A DNA stretch of 52,444 bases, the filler included, from Catajapyx aquilonaris (Eukaryota), in NCBI GenBank assembly GCA_000934665.2. It is 3 parts of 3 records of this genome, joined end to end, with 100 filler letters (N's around TTAATTAATTAA, not from the genome) between each part and the next. Parts side by side here need not be neighbours in the genome. Positions count along the whole stretch, not along the records: positions 17,447 to 35,005 come from KZ539622.1; positions 35,106 to 52,444 come from JYFJ02006969.1; 1 more part is not named here. One strand, given 5' to 3'. Under the pieces are notes generated by a model. That model was not told the origin of the DNA. It saw only the letters and a list, made by a program, of their open reading frames with translations, and searched no databases. How positions within the stretch are numbered: position 1 is the first letter of the stretch; each line of letters starts with the position of its first letter. The translations under genes were made by a program, and so were the position numbers. Below, one piece after another: positions 25,774-38,425 of the stretch.

Positions 25774-27321
25774 GGGGGGGGGGGGGGGGCTGAATTTATT
25801 TTGTCAAATTTTGACAAGTGATTCACTAGTGCTGCATAAGAAATAACCTCAGTGCCTCAATGTTAACTGATATCACCCGATAGTAGTTATTTTTGTAGCT
25901 TGTGCCAGGTGCCCAATTCTATAGCAACTGCTATATTTGACTCCCTGGGTGATATCAGTTTTTTTATTATTTATTATTATTAACGTTACCCATCCATCGA
26001 GGCCATTTAGGGGGAATATCAGTTATTAAATCGACCCATGAATTTGAAACACCCTGTATTTGACCTCACTTGGGATCAAACCTCTGTCATCCCAACCAGC
26101 CATATGACACCCACCACTCTCTACCCCATTAAAATATGCTAACAACCAGTACCTATAACGCCATCTTCCCCCCATTCCCTACACCCTTCCAACCAACACA
26201 CAAAAAATGGCCCCATTGTTTCAACCCTGGTCCTGATCCCCCACTCACTAATGCATAGCTTTTACCCTCCCACGAGAAGCTCTAGCTATCAGGAAGCGCC
26301 ATTACGCAATAATCGTTGTGCAGTCCGCAAGTGTTGCTTCGGATTGAGACTTGATCAATTCTCTTTGTGCCCAAAATTTTCTGTACAAGGCGTTTGGGTT
26401 AAGGCTTCTTCTACTCTCAAGAACTTGAAGAGTCTGGAGGCTGCTGCAAATTGCCTTTCCATTAAGGTTTCATCCGCCCGACTTGAGCGTACCTCTTAAA
26501 GCTTTGGGATGGTTATCCAGCGGGAGCCACCAGCTTTTCTTTCACTAAGTGCTGAATCTTCCTGTAATTACTCCTCGGCTTCGCGGGTCCAAGGTAACGA
26601 ACACGAGGCCTACGAGCCTGCAGGAAATTACGATCCTAATTTTCTTCGGATCGCCCCCTCTTGGATTTTTTTTAAGGTGATCTTATAGAAGGAGTAAGGG
26701 AATGGGTGTTGTTCCGTTTTACACCTAACTCTTCACTCTTCCAGATTTTTATTTATCGTTTCAGTTAGCGCGAGCGGTTTGCGGCCACGTTTTGTGTCTG
26801 GAACGATACGTGTTTCAACTGTGAAATGAATTGCAGTCAAGCTTGAGAAACCTCAGGCGCATATAGTTACAAGATTCATCTGCAGATGTTTGAGGTTTTG
26901 GAGCGTGATTGAATTGAGGAAAGTTTAAGGTGAACGCTATTCGTGCTATCCTCCTCAGGTCATATCTCTGACCCAGCAAGGTTCTGGCGCATAAGTCGCA
27001 GAAAATATGCTTCAAAAAGGGGAAAAAAAGTGGTCTACATTTAAATACTTAACTCATAAACTGATTTTTCCGATTTTCACCCGACATGCTGGGCAGAATT
27101 GCACTCCCTACTCTGCCTATGGCCAGGAGAAAAGGTCTGGTGTATTTCACAAAGTCAGAAATGACTAAAAATTACAGCGTCCTCCCTTGGGAACCTCCCT
27201 TTCCCACCTAAGAGAGTCATGAAAGGTCAAATCAAAGCAGTTTTATTTGATTTGACTTTTCATGACTTTCTGTAACAAAATCCAACAATCAGAAAGCTTT
27301 TGTGTATCACGGTGTCCTTAA

Positions 27322-27823
27322 AGGGACACTCCACTCAAAATACAAGTTGATCTGTAAAAATCAGGCAATAAATCCTGATTCCGGTGATACCATCCGTTTA
27401 TCTCTGAGACGAACGGTAATGTCAGGGGAAGAGACGAAAGTCGGAAAAAATTCGAGGTCTGTTCGAGAGTGGCGCCGCCTGGGCACCTGGCCAAGTTAGG
27501 CGACGTTGGATAGTAGCGCCGCTCTTCCCAACGGCGACTTGGATAAGTTGCCTGCGGGTATGGGGATCCGTGGGCATCTGGTTGTGTCCGAAGCCAACTT
27601 CCCCTAGTGCCCGTTGGGAAGGGCGGAGCTACTATCCAACGTCGCCTAACTTGGCCAGGTGGCCAGGCGGCGCCACTCTCGAACAGACCTCGAATTTTTT
27701 CCGACTTTCGTCCCTTCCCCTGACATTACCGTTCGTCTCAGAGATAAACGGATGGTATCACCGGAATCAGGATTTTTTGCCTGATTTTTACAGATCAACT
27801 TGTATTTTGAGTGGAGTGTCCCT
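27322..27823. mobile_element. Foldback MITE with TTAA target duplication (Kolobok/T2-like termini)
   Basis: TTAA|AGGGACACTCC ... GGAGTGTCCCT|TTAA; inverted arms over 200 bp, nearly identical; 502 bp in total. Confidence 0.85.
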
Positions 27824-28789
27824 TTAAAACTGCATTTTTCCTTAGCCCCTGTAAAATTTTATTTTTGTGACTTATTCCCATATCAACCCCCTCATTGCGA
27901 CCAGCCTGCAGCCAAGCCGTTTCACGACTCACTACAAAAGTCCACACCTAGCCGTCTAGTGAGGGACGTCACAACTCACACTCCATTAGCAAAATGTTCC
28001 TGTTCGTTGTCAATGAAGCCACAGGAGGTGCTGTCATTATGAACACCACCTACCATCCCAAAAAAAGGGGGAAGCATAATTCTTTTTTCCATCACCCCTT
28101 GCCTCCCCAGCCCCCCCTCCATTTTCTTTATGGCTTGGTGAAGCTCATTGTATGCGAGTGAAACAGATTCTGACAAATCCTCGTCCATTGAGGTATTAAG
28201 GCGTGAAAGCGAGTTTGGCTTCCATCCAGTTCCAGTCGCGGTGCCATGAAGCAAAAAGGCAATGGGATTTGTGTCAGAACTTTGTATAAGCAAACAGATC
28301 CAGGGGGGCCTATAGTTGGGAGCCCCCCCCTTCCCCATCCTACCACCCTTTTTTTTCAAAAAAAATTGAGTTTGTGTTTGGTGCGAGGGAAAAGTTTATG
28401 CAGTTATGCGATTCTTTGTGACGATGCCTGGAAAAAGTTGAGACAACAGGAGAACGAAGGAATTGGGAATTTGGGCGCTTGATTTTTTGTGTGTATCGCA
28501 TCTGGTGGCTTGAAGGTACCTGGATACGTGCATGAGTAATAAATTTTGCGTTTGCATGGCTAATCTGGCGGTGTATCCGATAATGATATCTTTCATGTTT
28601 GGTGCTCACGTCTCCAGCTGAGTTGAACGAGTTTCCTCAGAAAACAGGTTGGTTACGTTCTTTGAAAAATCGTGGCCCTCTTGTGATTGTAGAACCACCA
28701 CGTTGTGATAGCTCAGGTAGAGGTAATACAGTCATAGAGTGACAATATCACTCTATGATAAAAATCACGAGGGTAACAACTCATTTGTC

Positions 28790-29340
28790 AAGATTGACTT
28801 GGATTGTGTAAAGATTGTCAGTGATTGCGTGTGAAGTGTTGGTGATTGTGAAACGTTGTTGTGGATATTGTGATGTTCATGGTTGTGAAAATTTTCTGGT
28901 GATTGTATCATGAAGTGATGATTGTGAAAAAGTTGTTAATGATTATGAAAAACTGTTGGTGAACTTGTGATTGTGTGTGAAGTGTTTGAGATCGACATAA
29001 TTATGGTGATTGTGAAAATATATTGTTGTCGATTATATGTAGTGTCATGATTGTAAAAAATGTATGGAGTGATGATTTTGAAACATGTATGGAGTGATGA
29101 TTGTGAAAAATGTATGGAGTGATGATTGCGAAAACTGTATGGAGTGATGATTGTGAAGAGTTGTCAATGATCGTAAAAGATTGTTGGCGATTGTGTGTGA
29201 AGTGTTGGCGATTGTATGATGAAGTGATGATTGTTAATGATTGTGAAAGACTGTTTGTGAATGCATGTGACGTTGTGATAAGTGTGAAAAAAACCGTTCG
29301 TGAATGAATTATTGTGAACGACTGGGAAGATTGTCCATGA
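28790..29340. repeat. Degenerate GTGATT/GTGAA low-complexity repeat containing a ~25-bp tandem array
   Basis: AAAATGTATGGAGTGATGATTGTG-like unit x4 at ~29055-29157 within G/T/A-biased, C-poor sequence. Confidence 0.75.
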
Positions 29341-31754
29341 AACACCTGATTGCCCTACCTCTAACTTCTCAGTTCCATCCATCCTTCTTCAAAAATCCAA
29401 AACCCCAGCAACCTTCCCCGCATTTGCGATTGTAATTCCTCATCCCCCAACTATAACCCTCCAGCCCATAAACCCCCACAGCCATTGTGATGAACTAGCT
29501 TAAAGGTGCATTCTGTATGGAGAGAAGGCAGAGAGAGAGAAAGGTAGGTAGAGCAAGAGGGTTTGTAGGAATGGCACGTGAAAGGAGGCATGATTAGTCA
29601 CAAGAGATGAGAAGGAATGGACTTGGACAGGAGTTGAAGTGGGTGAGGGTAGAGTATGAGCCAGAGTACCCCCTACCCCCATACCCTCTACCCCTTTTGC
29701 AACTCCATGGCAGCGTAGTTGGCGCTTGCGAGACGTCTCCTTGGTAATCGACTAATTAAGCCTAGCCCGACGTTGGCACAAAGCTAGGAGGCCAAGCGTA
29801 GCTAACAGATAACGTGATTGGGAATTCCAAAACTTTTCGCAGGGAGGGGAGGGGAGGGAGAAAGTGGGAGGGGGGAGAGATGGAAGACCTAGTAGGGCTT
29901 TTGCCCTGTGTATAGACACTACTGAGGGAGAGAAAGAGAGAATAGGCTCACTTCAATCTCAACTCGTGCGAGGAATTCACAACCGGATAATGGTCAAAGA
30001 CTGGATACCTCAATTCTAGGGTCGGTGATAATGTTGCGGACAAGCTTGGTTGCTAGGACACCACGTGAGATGGCACCAGAGGCGGTTGAAGCGACATCTG
30101 TGCTCAGAGCTGGTTTAATAGAAATTGAATTTATTCTGCTGGCTCATTTTGAGTAACTTAGCTGTTTAGGTGCATGGAGTTTATTGCAAACAAGATTGAC
30201 GTGATTCTCATTGGGCATCCGGAAATGAAGCTGACAAACCCGATACGACACGATGCGATTCTAATTGATTGTTGTCAGTCTCATTTTCCGTTGCCCAATA
30301 AAAATGTCTACTCGAATGCCTATTACAGATATGATCTTGCCGGATACAGTGTCTCCAGTAAAGTTTGCCATAAAACCTATTTTGGTTACGCTTAATACTA
30401 ATCCGAAAACAGTTTGTCGCCATCTCGTGCTGTTTAGGGCCTGATGCATGTCCACAGACAGACGGGTTTTTCGGACCGCCTCCCTGACCGCCAATTTCCT
30501 TTACCGCCAACACACACTTTCCTTTACCGCCAAAAGTCCTGACCGCCAATTCGATGAGAAAAACTCTAAAATTACTGTCTGTCAATCGGAACGCATCAGT
30601 CTGGTGGCGCCATCTGTGCGACACCATTAAATATGAGTTATTGTGGTTGAATAATTCCCTTAAGTAGTGAGGTGAATGTCGAAATTTTATGTATTTTTAG
30701 CTCTACATGCCAGGATAATCCTTTTAAAAAATACTATCACGCTCTACTGTGACTGTCCATTGTTCCACCATCGCCATTAAACACCACCAGTACGTACCTC
30801 CCATCCATAAACTTATTGCTCGATGAATACATCCGCCAAAAAATATTTCCGTGAAGTATGCCCCTCTCCACTCGCCATTTTTATAGCCACCATAGTCCGA
30901 TTCACGAATGCAGATACGGCTTTATTCCTACAGTTTCAACTGGTTCGCAGCGAGTTTCTCACTTGCCGCACACACAAGTGGCGTGTCTGTTGATAAGAAA
31001 GATAGCTCCGATTTCCAGACTAGCGGCCCGGATTATGGAGTGGAAGTTACAAGGTAAGCACTCGACGATTCAACCATCGATTTCATAGTTACGCCGGAGA
31101 GAGAGAGGGGGGGGGGGACTATATACACTGTATATAGTAGAGGCTGGAAGGGAGGAGGTAAATGCATGCGCCAGCAGAAAGGGTCCTGTGTGCACACATG
31201 CCAAAAGTTAAGCCCTTGCTGAAGCACATCCTGCTACCAGGGCCTTTCAACTTGGATGTTGTGTTGTGGAAGCTTACTGTTGCTGAAGTTGGCCTGCATA
31301 TTACGCAGTGTGTACAGCTACAGTGTTTGCCGAGCGTGTTTTGCATCATTGCTGTCGGGGGAACTAGTCGTTTTACTGCCAGATGGAACGTATTTTGAAG
31401 GTTAGGGATGAACTAGGGCCTGTTCAAGTGTTTCTAGTGCAGATATTAAATATTTAGGGATGCGTCAGATATTTTTAATAATTTTGCATGTTTCTGGATA
31501 CTGTGGAGGGGTGTCGCAATATCACATCACGATAATATGACATTATTATGATATTCTTTAAAAATGTATGAATGTGTCAAAATATGTAACAACAATCGCA
31601 TATCTACATTTTAATAATATTTTACAAAAAATTGGAAATTTTCTAAGTTCAAAGTATTAACAAATATTGATATTTTTTGACCAAACTATTTTGCAATTTT
31701 TTTAAAGTTTTCATCCAAAAAATTATTCAATGAATTTGTGGACGAAAACTTGAA

Positions 31755-31813
31755 AAAACCGTGGTTTGATATCAGGAATAAAAGTTTTATTCCTGATATC
31801 AAACCACGGTTTT
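31755..31813. repeat. Perfect palindrome, 29-bp arms with a 1-nt spacer
   Basis: AAAACCGTGGTTTGATATCAGGAATAAAA-G-TTTTATTCCTGATATCAAACCACGGTTTT. Confidence 0.95.
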
Positions 31814-33982
31814 AAGATATAAATTCGTGACAAGAATATTTATCAAATTATTGATATTGTGAGCTAACGATGAATTTCCCGAAAATCAATCAAAATTGTT
31901 CTGATTATGTTCTATCTAAACAAGAAGCTGTGAATTTTCCTGATTATTCGTACATATTGCTCTTTTGTGATCAATCTATTTTGCAATTTTGTAAACAAGA
32001 AATTTGCTGTCACTAACAAAAAGAAATCGGATATAAAAATTAAGATAAATTCGTGGCAGGAATACTTCGCTATAAATTATTGTGATTATTAACATGATGG
32101 CGAACTTCCCGAAAATCAATCAAAATGAAGGATTTCATTCGAAGAATTTGAGTCAAACTTTTTACAGTTGGCTGATTTTTTCACATTACAATAACTATTT
32201 ATTTACACTACAAGAACTGTTCAAACTATATTTTAAAAAGTTAGAAATACTGCTTAACTCATTACATTTAAAAATATACTCAAATTATCAGTTAATAAAA
32301 TAATTCCAAATCTCAGCTCAATTTTCTCAGGATTATTTAAAATGTTGCTCATACAAAAATGTACTAGAATTTCTTCCTAATTTAAACTAATTATTTTCCA
32401 AGCCCCATCGTATTTAGTGACTGCCATGCGTTGCTTATGAGCCACTTCATCTAACAAGCTCAGGTGTTTCTCCCTCCAAAAATACACGTCACTTCCTGCT
32501 GCCAAAAAAGACAAACAGGTAAACAGCCTGCATCGCTATCCAAAAACTTTATTTTTTCACCCCCCCCCCTCCCCCCCACAGGTTATGAAACCCCCCAAAA
32601 GAGCCCTTAAAACCCGCATAAATTACAACGTTCTTTGCAAGTTTGTGCAGCTCACGCTAACCTCCCCCCCCCCCTTCCCCCCTCCCCCAGCCATCCCCTC
32701 TCCCCTTCTTTCACGAAATACCTCTCCAGGGCCAAGAATTCAAAAGTGACACGAAGGAAATATGGTCCTCATGCAAAATCCGTCGTGAGTTTTGGGGAGA
32801 GATCTAGTGGGCATCTGGCTCCTAAATACACGGAAATTTGACAAGGAGCGATTTGGCCCAAGGCATGAGGAACGCCAAGAAGGCACGCGAGCCTTTTCGT
32901 GGTGTGGGTGCCCCCCCCCCCCCTATCCCAGCCCCTCCCTTCTTCTAAAATAAAAAAAAGAAGAATGGACACTCCTGGCCAGCTTAGGAGTCCACAGTTA
33001 TAACTGCGGGAGGTCCTGCAATTATTGTGAAAGACAAACGGCGAAGTTAATTGTCGGTGGCGGAGGTTTTCGATGGGGTGTGTTGCACGTGCAGGGATTC
33101 AAAGGGGAGGGATTTAAAATGGTGGGAGGAGGTTGTTTATATGACGCTTACGACAGATGGTGCTGCTAAGGGTTGGAAATGTTCTAAAATTTATTTAGAG
33201 ATGTTCTGGGTAAACTGGGAGGTGAAATGCATTCTTCTCAACATTTTTTTCATGACGTCAGTATAAGCTGAAAACCTTTGCTTGATAAAATATATTGCAC
33301 TTACTTGTTAGTCTCTTAATGTAACCAACAATTTACTATACCTCTTCTGTAATACCTGCAGTTGTAAAGCATCAGCAATTTTTTTTCAGTTTCACTCCCA
33401 AGGCAAGGAGTAACAAATCCAGTAAATAATATGCCACCATTTATGTAACAAATTGGCCACATATCATTTACCGCCTTCGGTGCACCTGGTCCTAAGGAGC
33501 AATTTGCAAATTATGGCAGGCAAGCTTGAGCTTCCTCGCGCCAAATGATGCCAGAAAGCTTATGGGCAAAACGAATGATAGTTTATTTTCCTCCTAGTTT
33601 TACCTAGGATGGTATTAAAAGTATTATCATGTAACACTGCAGTTAATATCACCGTAAGTAGTAAAATCGGAACTAACATACTTATATCAAACTATGGCCA
33701 GACTATGATCAAGCTACATCGGAACTAACAGCAAATTATTGCCATTAGTGCAACATTTGTGAAAATATTTTAATATTAATTATGTATTAATTCAGAGAAA
33801 ATGAGGCAGCATATTCACAATATATTGTAATAACTTTCTCTCCTCATTTCTTTAATTGATAATAAAAGACAATAATAAGTATCGCATAATGACAATGAAA
33901 TTTTTATAACAGTGTAATAGCAACATATTATAACGTATCATAAAATGTAATGTAATTCAATAAAGAAATAAAATACAAGATA

Positions 33983-34380
33983 GGGGCCGTCCATAATCCG
34001 CGCGGACAAGTGAAGGGGGGGAGGGGGGTTGCACTTTGTCCGCTTCTGTCCGTACAGGGGGGTGGGGGTAGAAGTCAGTTGTACGCGCGGACAATAAACA
34101 TTAAGGACTCGGCCGTTTTTTTAGTCGGACCTCTCAAATATATCGTAATGCCTCTGAAAAAAGGAATTTGTGTGTAGATATCAAAAAATAAAAAATACCA
34201 ATATATTGAAAATAACACTTCCAGTGTGGCGAAGCGGGGGCAGGGGGGGGGGGGTCAAGGAGGCCATGTCCGCGCAATTTTTAGGGGGGGAGGTAAGAAA
34301 TTGTCCGCTTCTGTCCGCAAAGGGGAGGGGGGGAGGTAAAAAAGTGAAAAAATCTGTCCGCGCGGATTATGGACGGCCCC
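33983..34380. mobile_element. MITE with 26-bp perfect TIRs and a 3-bp TSD (PIF/Harbinger-like)
   Basis: ATA|GGGGCCGTCCATAATCCGCGCGGACA ... TGTCCGCGCGGATTATGGACGGCCCC|ATA; internal TTGTCCGCTTCTGTCCG repeats. Superfamily inferred from the TSD length and GGG termini. Confidence 0.8.
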
Positions 34381-35005
34381 ATACATGTTCAAATAATCCA
34401 ATGAAATAAAATATTTCAACAAATATTCTTCAAAAATTTCAATATAATAAATATTTCAATCATTTCAATACAATAATTCAGATTACACAAATTTGATAAA
34501 ATAAATAAATATTTCAAACTTTCAATGAAATAAAATCACTTGAAAAATTCAATATAACTTAGCACATATTATAAAAAATAATGTAATCTAATGAATACAA
34601 AAATCATACGCAATAAAATAATCTACTCCAATATTGCAATATTTAAAGTGGTATTCGCATCATGCAAAGGAATTTCGATTTTTTTCTTAACCTTAACATT
34701 GCCCTAACACGACAGAAAAACACCTGTTCTGCTCAACACGGACACGTCCGAACGTAGCTTTTTCCATGCTAGATGACAGCCAAAAAAAAACCCTCACCTA
34801 TCTCCCCAAATAATGCATATCCACCCCCACTTCCCTCACTCCCCTTGATTATCCTTCCCCCGGATCGCATGTCTCCCTCTACATTCCCCTCAACAAACCT
34901 TGTCCTTAACGTCCATCAATCGAACCCCTGCCAATATCAATGACAGTCCAGACGTAATCTAGAGTGCTTCACAACCCCCCCCCCTCCCCCCCCCGAAAAA
35001 AACAT

Positions 35006-35105
35006 NNNNNNNNNNNNNNNNNNNNNNNNNNNNNNNNNNNNNNNNNNNNTTAATTAATTAANNNNNNNNNNNNNNNNNNNNNNNNNNNNNNNNNNNNNNN
35101 NNNNN
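35006..35105. other. Artificial contig-joining spacer (44 N + TTAATTAATTAA + 44 N)
   Basis: Identical to 17347-17446. Confidence 0.95.
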
Positions 35106-35227
35106 ATTTTTGTTTTCATTTCATTTATTATTTAAATCTTTAATAACAATAATTAGTTGTGCACTATTTTATAATAGTCATGTATAATTCAGTCATAAAA
35201 AAAGTGGTAACGTCGAATCCGTTTCAG

Positions 35228-35508
35228 GTACCCACCCGGTGCCTTCATAACCTTCGATGTGAGCGTGAAGCAATTTGACCCGCTAATAGACCCATCGCTA
35301 CCGCCATGGGTACCGATGTTGTTGTCCGACTCCAATACCATCAGATACGTTGGATATGGGACCCTGACAACACACGACATCACTGTTGCACAACTTACCC
35401 TATTCGGGTTTAGTTTTATCGCAAAAGTAGTTATCGATGTCTTTCAAGTCAAAGCCTGCAGTTTCGCCAACGTTAGATTTACATTTCTCTTCCCTAACCT
35501 GTCCGCCA
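35228..35508 (+). CDS. Lipocalin-like gene copy A, penultimate exon (5' exons lost at the contig edge)
   Basis: TTTCAG acceptor at 35227, donor A|GTAAGT at 35509; encodes YPPGAFITFDV...VFQVKACSFANVRFTFLFPNLSA, collinear with 38786-39027 and with the same splice phases (2 in, 1 out). Confidence 0.75.
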
Positions 35509-35904
35509 GTAAGTTCAATTCAAGTGGCAATAATTATTATTATTCCTTCCTTTGCATACTTTTTGTTTAGAGGAGACCATGGTCGTCGAGACGTACAATG
35601 TGTGACGCAAAAGTTTGAAACTAATAAGGCCTTGATTATTACGTATTATGTACAACCATCAGATCTCTAGGAAAGTGGCGGTTTGAAGGGGGGAAAAAAC
35701 ACATTCATCTGCACTAACCTTCCAGGATGAATTTGTCCGAAACATTATTTGCCACACAGGTTGTATCAAAATGATCATACAAACTTTTTGCGTACACGCA
35801 TTGGCAACAGTGGCTCACTTTAAGTGTAGATATGGCATTTATAATTATTTTATATGCTCTTTACCTTTGAGTGTTACAAACATGCTGAGTTTTTATTTTT
35901 GCAG

Positions 35905-36056
35905 CAATGACGTACATGGTCGTTGTGCCCAACCCGGACCAACCGGATGGATTGGCCGAAGGCCTTAATGAGATGAAGAAAAATTTCCCCTTGGAGCTTC
36001 TATCAAATATAACAATGCACAGCGTCATCAGCGAGCGATGCCACTTTCCATTTTAA
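35905..36056 (+). CDS. Lipocalin-like gene copy A, terminal exon
   Basis: TTTTTGCAG acceptor; encodes TMTYMVVVPNPDQPDGLAEGLNEMKK...TMHSVISERCHFPF*; AATAAA at 36140; paralogous to 39102-39238. Confidence 0.75.
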
Positions 36057-36247
36057 CCAGTGACCAGCATTATAGTACTGTTCACTAAGCGAATAATATA
36101 TTGTTGTTCGCTTTCTACTCGTAATTAACAGGATTAAATAATAAAAAATCCATCTGAAAAGCTAGAGAAAATCATTATCAAGCATGATCCTGTCCGATGT
36201 TCATTACCGCCCAAATAATTGTTTCAGCGACCCATTTTTGTACTACA

Positions 36248-36400
36248 CAGTTGACTCCGGATATAACAGCCTCGGTTATAACGGACTTTCGGTTGTAACA
36301 GACTCGAAAGCCCGGTCCCGCCATAAGGCCACGTGCATTATTTTTACTCCTGATATAACAGACTCGTTTTCACTCTCACCTCGTCTATAACAGACTGTTT
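36248..36400 (+). mobile_element. pogo/Tigger-like non-autonomous element end
   Basis: CAGTTGACTCCGGATATAACAG...CGGTTATAACGGAC...TATAACAGAC, a repeated subterminal motif typical of pogo/Tigger-derived MITEs; partner end not found. Confidence 0.5.
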
Positions 36401-37933
36401 TTGATCCCTCGGGGCGGGAAAGTACGGGGCTTTTGATCCCCGCGCTTTCATGGAATATAGCAAAAGAAAATGATGGTTCGAAAAGATTCTCTTCAATTAT
36501 TATCTTCCGGGATATTTAGACGCACTTATGTTGCAAATATGGGTTTCCCGATGTTGTGTTAGGCTCTGGCTTACCTTTTACCATGTACCGGTATTTCAAC
36601 CCTAGGGGCATGAGCAATAAATTCTTTCTGCTGGAGTCGAGAAATGTGTGTACGTGCTGTAATATATTGTAGACCTACTGCATACATGATTTATAACAGT
36701 AGTATCGTTTCCCAGAGTGGGATGAGGTAAACATGAGAGACCAGACTGGACAAAAATTTAAAATTAAAGCCCGAAGAAATGTGCCGAATTTTTTTCCCAC
36801 TGCTAGATATTGCTAACTTGGCAGTAGTACAGTGTTGGACATTAATCGAAGCATGCTGCCAGCGACATTTTCCGAAGTGGTGGACCTGCATTTTTGGTGT
36901 ACTATTTGGTACTCTACAGTATACTCGGGCTTCTGTTGAGAGACATACCGATCTCTCTCTTTCTCATCGGGACAAAATTAATATTTGCGACAATCGTTGC
37001 CATGTAGGCAGTCCTATGGCAACACCTGGGATCTGCAACAATGCCAGGGAGGCAACGAATGCGGAAATCGGAAACAAACGACCTGCAGGTGTACATTTCT
37101 GTAAAGAATGACATCCAGCAGAAAAATCTGGTGATCCAACGTTATTTTCCATCAAAGGAAGTGTATGCACAATAATACTGCAACGTGCTATTCACTTTCA
37201 ATGCCATTCTTTGGAAACCCTATAGGTGCAACATTCCCATGCTTCCATCTATAACGCGTGCTTGGCGCAGTTACATTATTTTGGCGCTGTCGAGAAATCC
37301 GATGCATCATGTGATACACGACATATCTTCATATAAAGAGACAGATATTAATGTGAAAGCATGCTGGATAAATCCATTCGGTTGACAGCAGTTGATTTCT
37401 ATACCTGATGATGAAATCGGTTGCGCAAATCATGGCCATGGAATTCACATACACATGCGCGTAACTTTAGATAACACGTGTCATACAGGTGTCCTCAGAG
37501 CAACAGATGGCCCATATTGTTCCCTATATATACATAGCCAGGCCACCAGCCAGGCAGGGGAAGACAGAACATTGGAACCAAAGGATTGGAATCCAGCGCG
37601 TCCTGTTTCACTTCCTGGTCGTCTGTGAAGTGTTGAATAGACAGCCAGTTACTGGAGGCGAAGTCAGGGCTGGAAGGTGGGTGTTGCAGCAGTATTGTCT
37701 GGAAGCATCATTGAAAAATGCAAGTCTGCAACATCTGCAGCGAAAGTTAGTTTTTTGGGGGCACTCCCGAGACCTCCTATTAGGAAATGGCCTTCAGAGG
37801 TGAAGTCGTATCAATGCGACACCTCCCAGAACTGATCTTGACTGCTGTTGTTTTCCATCACATAGCGCTTGTTCTTCACAGTTGAAGAAGAACAAGTTAC
37901 TTCTAGAAACACCAACACCCTCTCTTGAGCAAC

Positions 37934-38056
37934 ATGATGGTAGCTGTCAGTGCCTTTCTGATGGCGGCCGTGGCCTGTTGCACTCAGGGTGTCCACTCCC
38001 TGGAGACTTGCACTAACACGGGCTCCTACCCACCAGATAAATTCGCTGAAGAAATG
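37934..38056 (+). CDS. Lipocalin-like gene copy B, exon 1 (signal peptide)
   Basis: MMVAVSAFLMAAVACCTQGVHS-LETCTNTGSYPPDKFAEEM; hydrophobic leader; phase-0 donor ATG|GTGAGC at 38057. Confidence 0.75.
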
Positions 38057-38207
38057 GTGAGCCAGCATTGGGCTATGTCCAATACCACACACACTATATG
38101 TCCGTAGTCGGTAGAACACAGTGCCCAGGCCAGGCCACAGGGACTAGAAGTCACGGAAGTGTTCATCCTAGCAACAGAGGCTCAGCTCATTGTAATGTAA
38201 TTCACAG

Positions 38208-38425
38208 CTGGTCGGCTCATGGTACGGAATGGACAGCTCCGACATTGCTGATGCACACACGTGCTGGTATTTCAACATATCAGACACAGGATCCACGACA
38301 ACAAGCAAAATGGCCGGATCTTTTGTTTTTAAGTTTCCCGGCAGCATACCTCCTTGGATACTCGATTTGCTTATCAAACAGCATCCCGACAACTTCTCCA
38401 TAGGGTTGCCCGATCCTATTCCAAG
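38208..38425 (+). CDS. Lipocalin-like gene copy B, exon 2 (GxWY motif)
   Basis: TTCACAG acceptor; encodes LVGSWYGMDSS...HTCWYFNIS...GLPDPIP; phase-2 donor AAG|GTGAGT at 38426. Confidence 0.75.
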
